From: the human T2T-CHM13v2.0 reference genome, Homo sapiens
Length of the DNA: 64,000 nucleotides
Assembly (NCBI RefSeq): GCF_009914755.1
Contig: NC_060928.1
Reading direction: 5' to 3' (one strand)
Shown here piece after piece: positions 26,536-37,811 of the stretch (its first letter is position 1; every line of letters starts with the position of its first letter). Made by a program: the position numbers and the translations under genes. The notes under the pieces were generated by a model. The model was not told where the DNA came from and did not search any database. It worked only from the letters and a program-made list of their open reading frames with translations.

Positions 26536-27790
26536 CTTCTGTTACCTGCCCTCCCTCTGGTTGATGAAATGCCAGGGTGTAAGGGATAACCAATTGGACT
26601 AAAGCACAAGTGCCACTCCAGTTATTTGGCAAAGTGTCCAGTAAAGGTCCACCACAATACCACCAAACATCCACTCGGGGATGAACAAGGGCTGACTTAT
26701 TGGTAAGCTCTTGAAAATTTTTAAGCTCACTGCATCCCTTCAGGTCTCCAAGGAACGCTGTTTCCCCCCTGTCGTGAGAGACATGAAGTGAACTTAGTGT
26801 TGGGAGACAGAAGCTTGATGGCCCTTGGGGGCTGACTTGCAGGGTGTCAAACTTTGGGATATAGCAGAGAGAGCTTGGCATGACTTATTACTGCAGGCTG
26901 TAGAATCCTGGAAAAGAGCTACCATGCAGTCCATGCCTGGTTGACTGGAGGACCACCTTAGTGAAAAGGGGACAATCTGGGCCTCTGGCCTGCCATGTGC
27001 ACAAGCATAACAATTGCTTTTGTTTAATGTGCAGACAGAATATTTGATCCATTCCAACCAGGCATTTGCATCTTGGTATCCTGTCTTAATTGCCAAAGTT
27101 TGCTTTAAGTCTTTAACTTCTATGGTCCTCTAGTAAAATGAATGTATGATTTTAGAAAATTACAAAAAATGGTTGGGGCAGTCCATCCTTGCTCTTTAGT
27201 GGTCCACAGAACGTTGGACCAACTATGGCATAAAAGCTCTACATTGTCGGGGCAAGACTCCTGGTTGACACTGGGCTCTTTATTGAAATCTCCCTGGAGT
27301 AAATGGTCCTAATTTACTAATGCCTAGTTTGAGGAGAGTCAGGGGGAAAGAGGTACTTTTCTGAAGTAGAGAGCTGTCTTTGACTTGGCAAGTCCTCATA
27401 GGGTATAACAAGGAAAGCATTAAATGCAATAGTTTGAGGCAAAATTGACTTGGTCATGTTAATAACTAGATGGTTAGCAATAGAGCGAGGAAAGAAGAAA
27501 GAATAATAGAATAGATGAAAGAGTTTAATTTTTCTTAGCTTTAATTTGGTAGCATTTTCCCCTGGGATTGTGGCCCACGACTCTGGAGGGGGTAGCACTT
27601 TGACTCGGGTGTGATGAGTCCATTCCTTTTTCACTGTACGGACAGCAGTCTTGGTGGTTAGCAGCACAAGGTAGGGTCTGTCCTAGGCTTGCTCGAGTTT
27701 TTCTTTTTTCCACCCTTTGATAAGACGGTGTTCTTCAGGCTGGTGCTGGTTTACTGGAAATTCTACGGGTGATACATGTGCTAAACCAAG
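26536..27790 (-). pseudogene. env: HERV-IP10/HERV-I-type pol 3' end plus partial env SU
   Basis: LLTTKTAVRT..WTHHTRVK (integrase C-terminus); TGYQDANAWLEWIKYS..NCYACAHGRP and WWYCGGPLLDTLPNNWSGTCALVQL (SU). Confidence 0.75.
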
Positions 27791-27795
27791 CATAT

Positions 27796-28078
27796 AACCA
27801 TCATTCTCAGCAAACTATCGCAAGGACAAAACCAAACACCACATGTTCTCACTCATAGGTGGGAATTGAACAATGAGAACACTTTGACACAGGAAGGAGA
27901 ACATCACACACTGGGGCCCGTCGTGGGGTGGGGGGAGGGTAGAGGGATAGCATTAGGAGATATACCTAATATAAATGATGAGTTAATGGGTGCAGCACAC
28001 CAACATGGCATATGTATACATATGTAACAAACCTGCACATTGTGCACATGTACCCTAGAACTTAAAGTATAATAAAAA
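27796..28078 (+). mobile_element. L1PA5-like 3' fragment
   Basis: aaccatcattctcagcaaactatcgcaagg...cattaggagatatacctaat...taccctagaacttaaagtataataa. Confidence 0.88.
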
Positions 28079-28355
28079 TAGGTGGGAATTGAACAATGAG
28101 ATCACATGGACACAGGAAGGGGAATATCACACTCTGGGGACTGTTGTGGGGTGGGGGGAGGGGGGAGGGGGGAGGGATAGCATTGGGAGATATACCTAAT
28201 GCTAGATAACGAGTTAGTGGGTGCAGCGCACCAGCATGGCACATGTATACATGTGTAACTAACCTGCACAATGTGCACATGTACCCTAAAACTTAAAGTG
28301 TAATAATAATAAATTAATTAATTTAAAAAAAATCATGGAAGTGAAAAAAAAAAAA
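28078..28355 (+). mobile_element. L1PA2-like 3' fragment with composite tail
   Basis: gagatcacatgg, gaatatcacactct, cattgggaga, GAG (not ACA/ACG) at the Ta-diagnostic site; tail contains non-L1 tcatggaagtg followed by A12. Confidence 0.88.
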
Positions 28356-28370
28356 GAAATTGACCTTTTG

Positions 28371-28628
28371 CTTTGGGAGGCCGAGGTGAGTGGATTACGA
28401 GGTCAGGAGATCAAGACCATCCTGGCTAACACAGTGAAACCCCCTCTCTACTAAAAATACAAAAAATTTGCTGGTGTGGTGGCAGGCACCTGTAGTCCCA
28501 GCCACTCAGGAGGCTGAGGCAGGAGAATGGCATGAACTTGGGAGGCAGAGCTTGTAGTGAGCCGAGATTGCACCACCGCACTCCAGCCTGGGCAACAGAG
28601 CAAGACACTGTCTCAAAAAAAAAAAAAA
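28371..28628 (+). mobile_element. AluY, 5'-truncated
   Basis: Starts ctttgggaggccgagg; TSD gaaattgaccttttg at 28356-70 and 28630-44. Confidence 0.93.
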
Positions 28629-30366
28629 TGAAATTGACCTTTTGTTTTAAATGTGGGGACATCAGCAGTGGACTTTATGGTCCTTGGTGCCTTTTTACTG
28701 AGAAATTTCCTTTAGCACCTATTTTTATTAGCTTTGAGACCAAACAAGCCAAACACCATTTTATATTTGACAATGCTTCCTGTACAATTTTTATACCAGA
28801 TAAGCTAAATTTCACATTTGTATTAGTGTGTTATTAATGTTAAACTTAGTTTTAATTAAAACTTTGTAGACACATTTATTCAATTTTGAATGTCAGACCA
28901 TAAGGTAAATTTTTGTAGACTCTTTTTAACCTTTTATAATCTTCGTTAAAGAGCAGGTTAGTGCTTTAAGAAAAACCTGTTGTGTTTTTATTTTAATGTT
29001 CAGTTCACAGAAAAACTGGATGATACCCGTTTAACTTTAGCCAATATGTTTACACACAGAATTTCCTTTACAATTAACGTTTTAAAATTTGCTTAAACCT
29101 TCAAAACAAATTTTTTTAACCTTTTAATGTAGGTAAAAATCCACGTTTTTATGCCTTCTTATAATCCTTTTACCAGAGGTATATTTTACTTTCCTGATAC
29201 ACCTTGCACATAAACTGTTTTCTTCAATAGTTTTACATTCAGGAGGGCTAATTACTTTTAAATTATACAACCATTCTTGCATAAATTCTTTTTTTAAAAC
29301 TTTTTTTTCTTTGATGACTTTCACAGACAGTTCTTCGACATGCCTCAACTTTCTGACTTATTGCAAACATTTCTTTCTTTAAACAACCAGTTAATTAATT
29401 TCAAGACAAGAATTTACCATATAACATTCTTTTTACATAAATTCTGCCCCCCCTTTTTTCCCTTTTTTTCAAAGATGATAAGCATTCTTTTCCAAAGCGA
29501 ACTTCCTTTATGTCTGTGGACTAGACTGTCTGAGGCCATAAGATTAGAAGTTACTGTAATACATGTTACACTGTTAACTTTTAGCAAACTTTACTTTTGT
29601 TGAAAACCTTGTAAGTTTGGGATTTCAATTATCCTTTGCTATTAATAAGACCTTGTTTAGTCCAAATTAACTTAGAATTTGTATAGATGGCTTTTTTTTT
29701 TTTCCTTCAATTACGGGAGGAACCATCTATTATCCTGTCCTGAAGGGAGTTCCTTCTAGGTCTGCTTGGACCTTTGTATGGTAATTAAGATTTAGATCTC
29801 CTGATAGGAAACCTGCTGCCTTAAGGGAATTTTCAGTGGTTAATGTTAAATCTTCTTTTTCTTTTTCATTTTTTTTTTAGAGAAGGAAACTTCTGAACTG
29901 GTGAGGTGTGCTAACAATGAGGTTTCCTCTAAAAGTTATTTTTCTACTTTCTTCTGTTAGCAAAGCAGTTGCCGCTACAGATTGAATGCATTTGGGCCAT
30001 CCGTGGGTCTCTGGGTTAAGGAGTTTTGATAGGAAGGCTATGGGTTATCAGTGGCCTTAGTGCTTTTGGGATACGCCCTTGTTTACACTGACAACAAAGT
30101 GTTATTGGAGTGTTATAGGGTTATGAGAATACCTTTAATTATCAACTATAGGTTTGAAATTTACCTTAGCTTTTAAAGGAATAGGGTACACTGTTTTTTC
30201 TTAACTACTTGTATATCTCTCTCTTTCTCTCTTTGACTTTCTGTCTCTCTCTCTCTCTTTGACTTTCCTTTTGCCTCTGTCTCTTCCTCTCTCTCTGCCT
30301 CTTTTCCTCTCTGTCTCTTTCCTCTCTCTCTCTCTCTGCTGGTCTTTCCTTGCCTCTGCCAGCTGC

Positions 30367-30675
30367 TTATGTTGCTGTTCTCTCTACTGCTGTGGGGGTG
30401 AGTGAGTCTAAAACCAGCTGTAACCAAGTGTCTATGTACGGGAACTGCTCTGGGTGACCTGGCTTACAGGTTACCTTGTGCCATACCTTTGAAACAAGGG
30501 ACCAGCCCAGGCTTCCTTCTGATGGCCAACCCACCTCTAATGCTGGCCAGTCTATTTCACACAAAGTTCTAAGTTTTCCTGGTGTCATAGTGACACCATA
30601 ATCTCCCTTAAATCCTTCCTTGAAATTTTTCAACATAGTTCCTAGTGGGGTGGGCTTACTTTGTGCATGACCCAT
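30367..30675 (-). pseudogene. gag: HERV-E-type gag matrix fragment
   Basis: MGHAQSKPTPLGTMLKNFK...LRTLCEIDWPALEVGWPSEGS...HPEQFPYIDTW, gammaretroviral MA motifs; rest of gag absent. Confidence 0.9.
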
Positions 30676-31197
30676 GCTTCCTCAAGACAAAACACAACGC
30701 TTACACCACACGCACTCCACAAAACAAAGAATGGGTAAAAAGGGCACATACGCACTTTTACAGTTTACTCCAAAACAAAATCAAAACCAGAATCAGAGTA
30801 TCAAGAAATCCAAGCCAGGTCAAAACCAAAACCAAAACCAAAGTATCAAGCAATCCAAGTCAAGTCAAAAACAAAAACTAAAGTGCCGGTACAGGCATGC
30901 CATGGCCATGCTTCCACTCAAATGGAGTAGGCAAGTTCCAAAGACCAGTCTTACTAAGTTTCAGATGTCCAGACTCCAAGTGCCAGTTCCTTCCCAGTGT
31001 TCAGCCACTGCGTTGATACTCCACAGGGGCCTGCCACGTGCTGCTCTGGCGAGGCATTCCACTGGGGCACTTGCCTACCCAGGAGCACTCTCAGGATCTG
31101 TGTCACTCAAGCTAGCTGGAGTGCCCTGCAGGGATGCTCCACAGGGCAGGCCTAAGCCGCCTAATGGGCTGCCTCAACCATCTGTTAATCACCTCAC

Positions 31198-31215
31198 TTT
31201 GCAGTCAGGGAACCA
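31198..31215 (-). promoter_or_regulatory. Primer-binding site, tRNA-Glu
   Basis: Minus strand tggttccctgactgcaaa vs tggttccctgaccgggaa (15/18), 5 nt from the LTR. Confidence 0.85.
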
Positions 31216-31220
31216 AGAAA

Positions 31221-31680
31221 AGTAGCAGGATGAGCCACAGACAAGAACCCCTCAGATATGAAGTTGTGGAAGGAAAGGGCTTTATTCAGCTGGGAGCATT
31301 GGTGGGCTCACATCTCCAAAAACTGAGCTCCCCGTATGAGCAATTCCTGTCCCTTTTAAGGGCTCACAACTCTAAGGGGGTCTGCGTGAGTGGGTCGTGA
31401 TTGATTGAGCAAGCAGTGGGTACATGACTGGGGGCTGCATGCACTGGTAATCAGAATGGAACAGAACAGGACAGGGATTTTCACAATGCTCTTCCATACA
31501 ATGTCTGGAATCTATAGATAACATAACTGGTTAGGTCAGAGGTCGATCTTTAACCAGGCCCAGGGTGTGGCGCTGGGCTGTCTGCCTGTGGATTTCATTT
31601 CTCCTTTTAGTTTTTACTACTTTTTTCTTTGGAGGCAGAAATTGGGCATAAGACAATATGAGGGGTGGTCTCCTCTCTTA
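31221..31680 (-). mobile_element. 5' LTR (LTR2 family)
   Basis: Direct repeat of 23349-23812, about 35 substitutions and 3 indels by eye. Confidence 0.92.
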
Positions 31681-32024
31681 CTATTTTATAAATATCTCCA
31701 ACCAAAATGATCAACTTGAACAAAGTTCTGACATTGAACATATAAAGAAGTGAGTGTCAATAATACTGTCTCCATGAACAAATATTGTACTTTTTTATTT
31801 TTAATATTTATTTTTCTTATTGTAGTTATGTGCTTATTGTGAGGGATTTAATCTTTTTTAATGTCCCAATAGAGTTAATTAACTTCAAACTTTATAGAGA
31901 CTAACTATATAGACTTTCTCCTGAACAGATCAACAACAGATTAACTTCTATGTCCATTTTGGAAATTTTCTGCAAGGGAACAAAGAATTTGGTTGAAAAT
32001 CATCATCCTCATCATCATTGTGGT

Positions 32025-32270
32025 AGTAGTTAAAATTTATTGTGTGCTTCCTGTGTTCTAAGTACTTTTATGCATATCATTTAATTGAATCCTAATAACA
32101 ACTGTGTGAGATAGGGGCTATAATCAACCCTACTTTTAAAATGAGGAAATTAAATCAGAGAAGGATTAACTTGCCTAATACTGCATAGCTATGATATGGT
32201 GGATAGTCTGGGTTAACTGAAAATCAGATCAATGTTGATTTTGATGAGTTAACTCTAATAAGCCACTATG
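32025..32270 (-). mobile_element. MIR
   Basis: aatttattgtgtgcttcc...aatcctaataacaactgtgtgagatagg...atgaggaaatt. Confidence 0.8.
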
Positions 32271-32323
32271 TTTGCTTCCCAACTCTAGATACAGAATCTA
32301 TTACAGATGAAAGCTGTCAGGAC

Positions 32324-32737
32324 TGTAGGGTAAACACACCTGATAGCACTAACTTCTGCATACCCTTAGAATGAACGTGTATAGTGGATGCACCTGAATT
32401 GTGTTCTGAGCTGGGAAATCCAGGAGTGACCTGGAGATTCATTCCTTGTCCATGAGGAACATCTGAGCCCCCATCCTGTGGAACAAGGGCCATACAGGGT
32501 ATTGAGGCCCAGAATTTTGGCCTCAATGAAGGCTGCCAGGTAGAGGTTATTAGAGGAGGGTGTTAAGTGAAAATGCTGTGTAAACTGCATGTTGTTTGCA
32601 AGCAGTTGTGATTTTCCTGCTCAGCCGGCTGCCACTGGACTCTCTCCCCTGTATGTAAAACCCATGTCTTGTTTACTGGCTCTGGGTCTCTTCTTTGGCT
32701 TCATCCCCTCTGAAGTCAATAGGGGCTCAGCATGACA
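32324..32737 (+). mobile_element. LTR47-type (ERVL) solo LTR
   Basis: TG...CA termini; perfect 5-bp TSD aggac; catacccttagaatga...gcacctgaat motif. Confidence 0.8.
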
Positions 32738-33416
32738 AGGACTGACTGGAAGCATGGGAAGTAAAACAGCCAATTCTCACTGTCATCACCCTGCAAATTC
32801 TACCTGCCTGTATTTACTCTACATTCTCTTTTGCCTCTTCTACCTTTTTCTTAAATTCCCTTTTCATAATTTGTATTTGGCTCCCCAAAACATGGCAAAA
32901 AAAATTAGAAAAGTAATTTTAAAAGAAAATGATTATTTCAAGGTAAATGACATGAAAATTGGAGTCAGAATGTGCATCTGCTGGTCCTACTCCATTTCAT
33001 ATCCTTGGTAGATCATTAGCAAACCTCAGCCCAGATGAGAATAGACTTCTTTCCACAGCATTGCAGGAAGCCACTACTAATTACTTGGAATTGGCTAAAA
33101 AGAGGAAGCTATTTTTTGGCAGTAGCATCTGAATTGTCAGCAGGTGCATTCTACTTCATTTGACTAATTTATAGATGGAAATGACAGTAACATTGTTTAA
33201 GAAAAGATTGGATAAAGCTAGACAGGAATATATTAAATAGTTCTATCATGTAGATAATTTCTGCTCAAAGTTCCAGAAACTTTCTCTGGTCAAGGTTTGA
33301 AAACAATTAGGCAATAAAATATAACAAAGAGTGAGCATGGCATTGAACAGAGAATACAAATTTATTTATGTAAAATAAAAATAATTTTATGATACTGAAG
33401 GCTTTCTTTACACATG

Positions 33417-34008
33417 TGTAAGGTACATGGATGTGCTTTGGTCAAGGAACAGGCCAAGGTGGATATCTAGTCCTGCAGGACTCAGCAAGTTTGGCAAGCA
33501 AGTGCACACCTCCACTTGTTATATAACCTATTCGTGGAAGTTCATACTTGGCTCTAAACCGCTATTGTCTGTAAAAGGTATAACTGTTCTGCTGACACTG
33601 TACAGGGGCTCTTGACTTGGCTCATCTCAGCTCAACATGGCTTGACACGGTGGGCACGCTGGTGCCCAGAGAAAGAGAGTTAGAGCTGTCCATCTTTGCA
33701 GGTGGGCAGGAGGGAGCCATGACACAGCTCAGCTGGCTCATGCCCAGAGAGAGAAAGAGTTAAGCTGCTGACCCTGAAGGCAAGGGAGAGCTGGCAGCAT
33801 AGCTTGTGTGGGGGCCACCAGACTAAGCAGCCAAGACAAGGCAGACAGTGTGAGAAAGCTGTGGATGAGGGCTGCTGCTGAATAAAATCATTCGGTCCCT
33901 TGCAGCCCCTGAGACTTCCTTCTGCTCATCCACCCACTCCCTTTAGACCTCAGCATGGACTGGAACCTGACCCCAAGCATGATAACTGGTGTAGTCATGA
34001 AGGTGACA
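33417..34008 (+). mobile_element. LTR18B-type (ERVL) solo LTR
   Basis: tgtaaggtacatggatgtgctttggtcaagga start; AATAAA at ~33881; ends ...tgaca. Confidence 0.8.
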
Positions 34009-34489
34009 ACAATAGTTTAACTGGGAAATTAAATTAAGATGGTAACTTCGTCAACATAGAAGTAAAGAGAAAGGAATTTTGAGACTATTAATAGAATTTA
34101 AACTACGATAGTCTGAGGTAATTTGCTCTTTTAACATAGAGCTTTCTAGTTGGTTGGCTTTGAATGACTTACAAATATACTCAGTAAATTGATTCCTTAT
34201 CCTAAGGGCAGCTGGGCTATGTGGGCTATTCACCAACCTTGGCTCCTGGATCCTAAGAGAATCTTTTTTTATTTACTCTATTTGGTGTACATGAAAATGT
34301 TTGAGAAGAGCTTGAACTTACTGAGATACTTGAAATTTGATGATGAAGAAGGAGGTCTTCTTGTCTGGCAGTGGTAAGTGGCAATGCGCTTAGTCCCTTA
34401 AGTGCACTATAAACTAAGAGACCCACTAAGTAATGTTTTCCCATTATAACCTCATCAAGGCCTTAAGTCATTACAAAAACATTTTGTAC

Positions 34490-34790
34490 AACACTAACAA
34501 ATTAACTTTTATGAAATCCTAGTTTCACCATATTCCCTCCTACTCAAATACATGTAATCTCTCGCCATTACATCCAGCATATAGACTATATTCTTTCCTC
34601 TGTACATTCATATCATTGTACATGCCAATTTACCTAACTGGAATCCTATAAACTCTGCCTATTTAACTCTTACCCTCTCCTCAAGGCTTTATTCAAGTTT
34701 TATCACTTCAGTGAAGGCTTCCCCATAGACTTTCCTGTGGCTCATAATGATACCTCACTTTTATGCCATTTATGTTAGGCTTATTGCTTA
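34490..34790 (+). mobile_element. L2 fragment
   Basis: aactcttaccctctcctcaaggctttattcaag...gtgaaggcttcc. Confidence 0.55.
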
Positions 34791-34977
34791 AGCCAAGAGA
34801 GTTTTGTAAAGATATTAAAACTTAAGGTTATAATACTGAAAAATACAGGTAGAATCATGGAACAATAGTAAGAGAAGTCTGGAGTCAACTCCAATGATAA
34901 GTAACATATATAATAAAATCAACTTTTCAAATTGGTTGAGGTAGTTAGGTTCACTATAGCTTTGTATATAAAAGCTG

Positions 34978-35618
34978 ACACTGTTGGTGGGAGTGTAAAT
35001 TAGTTCAACCATTGTGGAAGACAGTGTGGCGATTCCTCAAGGATCTAGAACCAGAAATACCATTTGACTCAGCAATCCTATTACTGGGTATATACCCCAA
35101 GGATTATAAATCATTCTACTATAAAGACACATACACCTACATGTTTATTGCAGAACTATTTACAGTATCAAAGACTTGGAACCAACTCAAATGCCCATCA
35201 ATGATAGCCTGGATAAAGAAAATGTGGCAGACATACACTATGGAATACTATGCAGCCATAGAAAGAATGAATTCACGTCTTTTGCAGGGACATGGATGAA
35301 GCTGGAAACTATCATTCTCAGCAAACTAACATAGGAAAAGAAAATCAAACACCGCATGTTCTCACTCATAAGTGAGAGTTGTACAATGAGATCACATGGA
35401 CACAGGCAGCAGAATATCACACTCTGGGGCCTGTTGGTGGGTGGGGGACAAGGGGAGGGAGAGCATTAGGACAAATACCTAATGCATGCGGGGCTTAAAA
35501 CCTAGATGATGGATTGATAGGTGCAGCAAACCACCATGGCACAAGTATACCTATGTAACAAACCTGCACTTTCTGCATGTGTATCCCAGAACTTAAAGTA
35601 AAATTAAAAAAAAAAAAA
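34978..35618 (+). mobile_element. L1PA7-like 5'-truncated 3' end
   Basis: ORF2 C-terminus (35012-35299), 3'UTR, poly(A); near-TSD aaaagctga / aaaatctga. Confidence 0.9.
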
Positions 35619-35759
35619 TCTGAAAAGTCAGGACTATTTAAATGTCCAATAGTTTGAGACTGTTTTGAATAAATCATAGTATATCTAAAATGGAGCAATA
35701 TATTACATAGAAAGGTGGTCATGATAGAATGAAGTAACAAAAGTAGGTTACAGTAAGGA

Positions 35760-35955
35760 CAGGAAGTCCTCACTTAACATCCTTAATGGGTGCTCAGAAA
35801 CTGTCGCTTTAAGGGAGACAACACATAACAAAACCAATATTATCTTATACTGATTGACATAAACAAGAGTCAAGTTCCTATGGCAAACATTCTAAGTAAG
35901 GAGCAAAGTATTTCTAATATCAAACATTGAAATAAATGTATAAACACATTTAATA
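35760..35955 (+). mobile_element. MER6-type Tigger DNA transposon fragment
   Basis: aagtcctcacttaac...gacataaacaagagtcaagttcctatggca...aacattgaaataaatg. Confidence 0.75.
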
Positions 35956-36069
35956 TCTTCATTTTTAAAGTGCTCTATATAGAAAAAAATAGTTGTATTC
36001 TTCCTTCCTTCCATCGTTTTTTCTCTCTCTTATTCTCTTTCTCTTATTCATTCTCTCTCTCTCTCTCTC

Positions 36070-36132
36070 TTTTACAGTGTCTCACTCCATCACCCAGGCT
36101 GGAGTGAGGTGGTGTGATTATCCCTCACTGTG
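36070..36132 (-). mobile_element. Short Alu/FLAM fragment
   Basis: gtctcactccatcacccaggctggagtg. Confidence 0.65.
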
Positions 36133-36334
36133 CTATTCATTATTCATTTTCTAAAAAGCAAACTGTCCCTTACAAACCTTTGGTTTTCCTAGTATCAATC
36201 TCATCTTATTATCTAAAATGTAATCTCCTCAAGAAAAAAAAAGATGGTAAATATATTGTTTCCAACATCAACTAGCATCACTTCTCAATAATATCAGGCA
36301 TTTATGAGGCATGTCCTAGTTAATTAAATGATGC

Positions 36335-36500
36335 TATACCATAATGATTGAAAGTGCAAGCTCTGGAGACAAACCATCTTGATTTGAAACGTGGATCTAC
36401 ACCTTATTAGCTATTCCTTAGTTTCCTCATCTGTAAAATGGGAAGTACAGTTAAATGTTTCATAAAGTTGTTATAAGGATTACATGAGTATATGCATGTA
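36335..36500 (+). mobile_element. MIR
   Basis: agtttcctcatctgtaaaatggg core. Confidence 0.85.
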
Positions 36501-36589
36501 TGTCAGTGCCTGAGTATATCTGTGTATACTACATAGAACAAATATTATATGCTTGACACTCAAAATTCTGTGTTTTACTGGATCACACC

Positions 36590-36780
36590 ATAATCTTTAT
36601 AATTAATCTTTACATATCATTTTTATTATCCTGAATTTATACATGAGAAAAATGGTATTATCCTCCAAAGAGATAAAAGATAAGTAATTTACTGAAGTGC
36701 ATGCAATAAAGTAGCCAGGATACTAATGCAGGCAGTCTAGTTCCAAAATCCATGCTCCTAATGACTGTATGATACTGACT
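36590..36780 (-). mobile_element. MIR (diverged)
   Basis: gccaggatactaatgcaggcagtctagttccaaaatccatgctcctaa. Confidence 0.6.
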
Positions 36781-36906
36781 CGCTATGTCATAGGTACTTA
36801 GTATACAGTTATTTAGGGACTATACCTAATTAATAAACATTAATTCCTGCTGATCTGACTTATAAATCTCTCAAATTTATATTCCCCTTTAGTGGCTAAA
36901 GGTCAC

Positions 36907-37811
36907 TGTATTAGTTATCTATTGTTATATAACTAATTATTCAAATCCTAGTGACTTAAAACAACTATAATCATTTATTATCTCTCACTATTTTTGTGGG
37001 TTGGGAATTTGGAATAGTCTGGTTGTGCAACTCTTGGTTCAGGTCTCATATGAGATTGCAGTCAGATGCTGGCTGGGATGGCTGTCGTCTGAAGCCTTGA
37101 CTGGGCCTGAATGATCTGTTTCCAAGGTGGTTCATTTCCATTGCTGGCAATTTGGTGCTGACTATTAAAGAGAGTGGGGGGTGTTTCAGTTCCTCTTCAC
37201 ATGGGGCTGTCTCTGGGACCACTTGAGTGGCCTCACAGCATGGAAGCTGGCTTTCTCTAGAGTAACAATTCAAGAGACTCATATGGAAGCTCCAATGAAC
37301 TTATGTTCTTGGCTTGGAAGATACAAATCTTCACTTCTACTATATTCTCCTTGTCAGCGAAACCAGTCCTCATCAACATTCAGAAGACTATGTCATAGTC
37401 CATTTGGGCTGCTATAACAAAATACTGGATAGACGGGGTGGCTTATAAAGAACAAAAATTTCTTTCTCACAGTTCTAGAGACTGGGAAGACACAGATCAA
37501 GTTACTGGCAGATTCAGTGTCTGGGGAAGGCCTGTTTCTTGATTCATAGATGGAATCTTCTTGCTGTGTCTTCACATAGAAAAAGGGGCATGGCAGTTTT
37601 CTGTGGTCGCTTTTATAAGGGCAGTAATTCCATTCCTAAGTGCTCTGCTTCCATGACCTAATCACCTTCCAAAGGCGCCACCTCCAAGCAGCATCACACT
37701 GGGGATTAGGTTTCAAGATATGAATTTGGACCTATGAAATAACCATTCAAACTATAGTACTATACAAAGACATGCAGCTTATTGGGGCCATTTGGGAGGC
37801 TGGCTAGCACA
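36907..37811 (-). mobile_element. MLT1G/H-type LTR with nested MLT1A0 (37391-37760)
   Basis: tgtattagttatctattg...gcagtcagatgctggctggg; ends ggaggctggctagcaca; nested tgtcatagtccatttgggctgctataacaaa...cattcaaactatagta. Confidence 0.8.

Larger units (their letters stand above)
23349..31680 (-). mobile_element. Harlequin (LTR2-flanked, HERV-E/HERV-IP10 mosaic) provirus
   Basis: Two LTR2-type LTRs, 4-bp TSD ctat (23345-48 / 31681-84), PBS-Glu, PPT, and gag/pol/env fragments of mixed origin. Confidence 0.9.

Noticed and set aside
30210-30360. Long pyrimidine/purine-biased (CT)-rich tract
   Set aside because: Low-complexity stretch within the provirus; no independent function evident
30674-31225. 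183-aa + strand ORF with QN-rich repeats
   Set aside because: Antisense reading of the proviral leader; QNQN derives from caaaac repeats
31685-31910. Possible DNA-transposon end next to the provirus
   Set aside because: Weak TIR-like resemblance with no matching partner found
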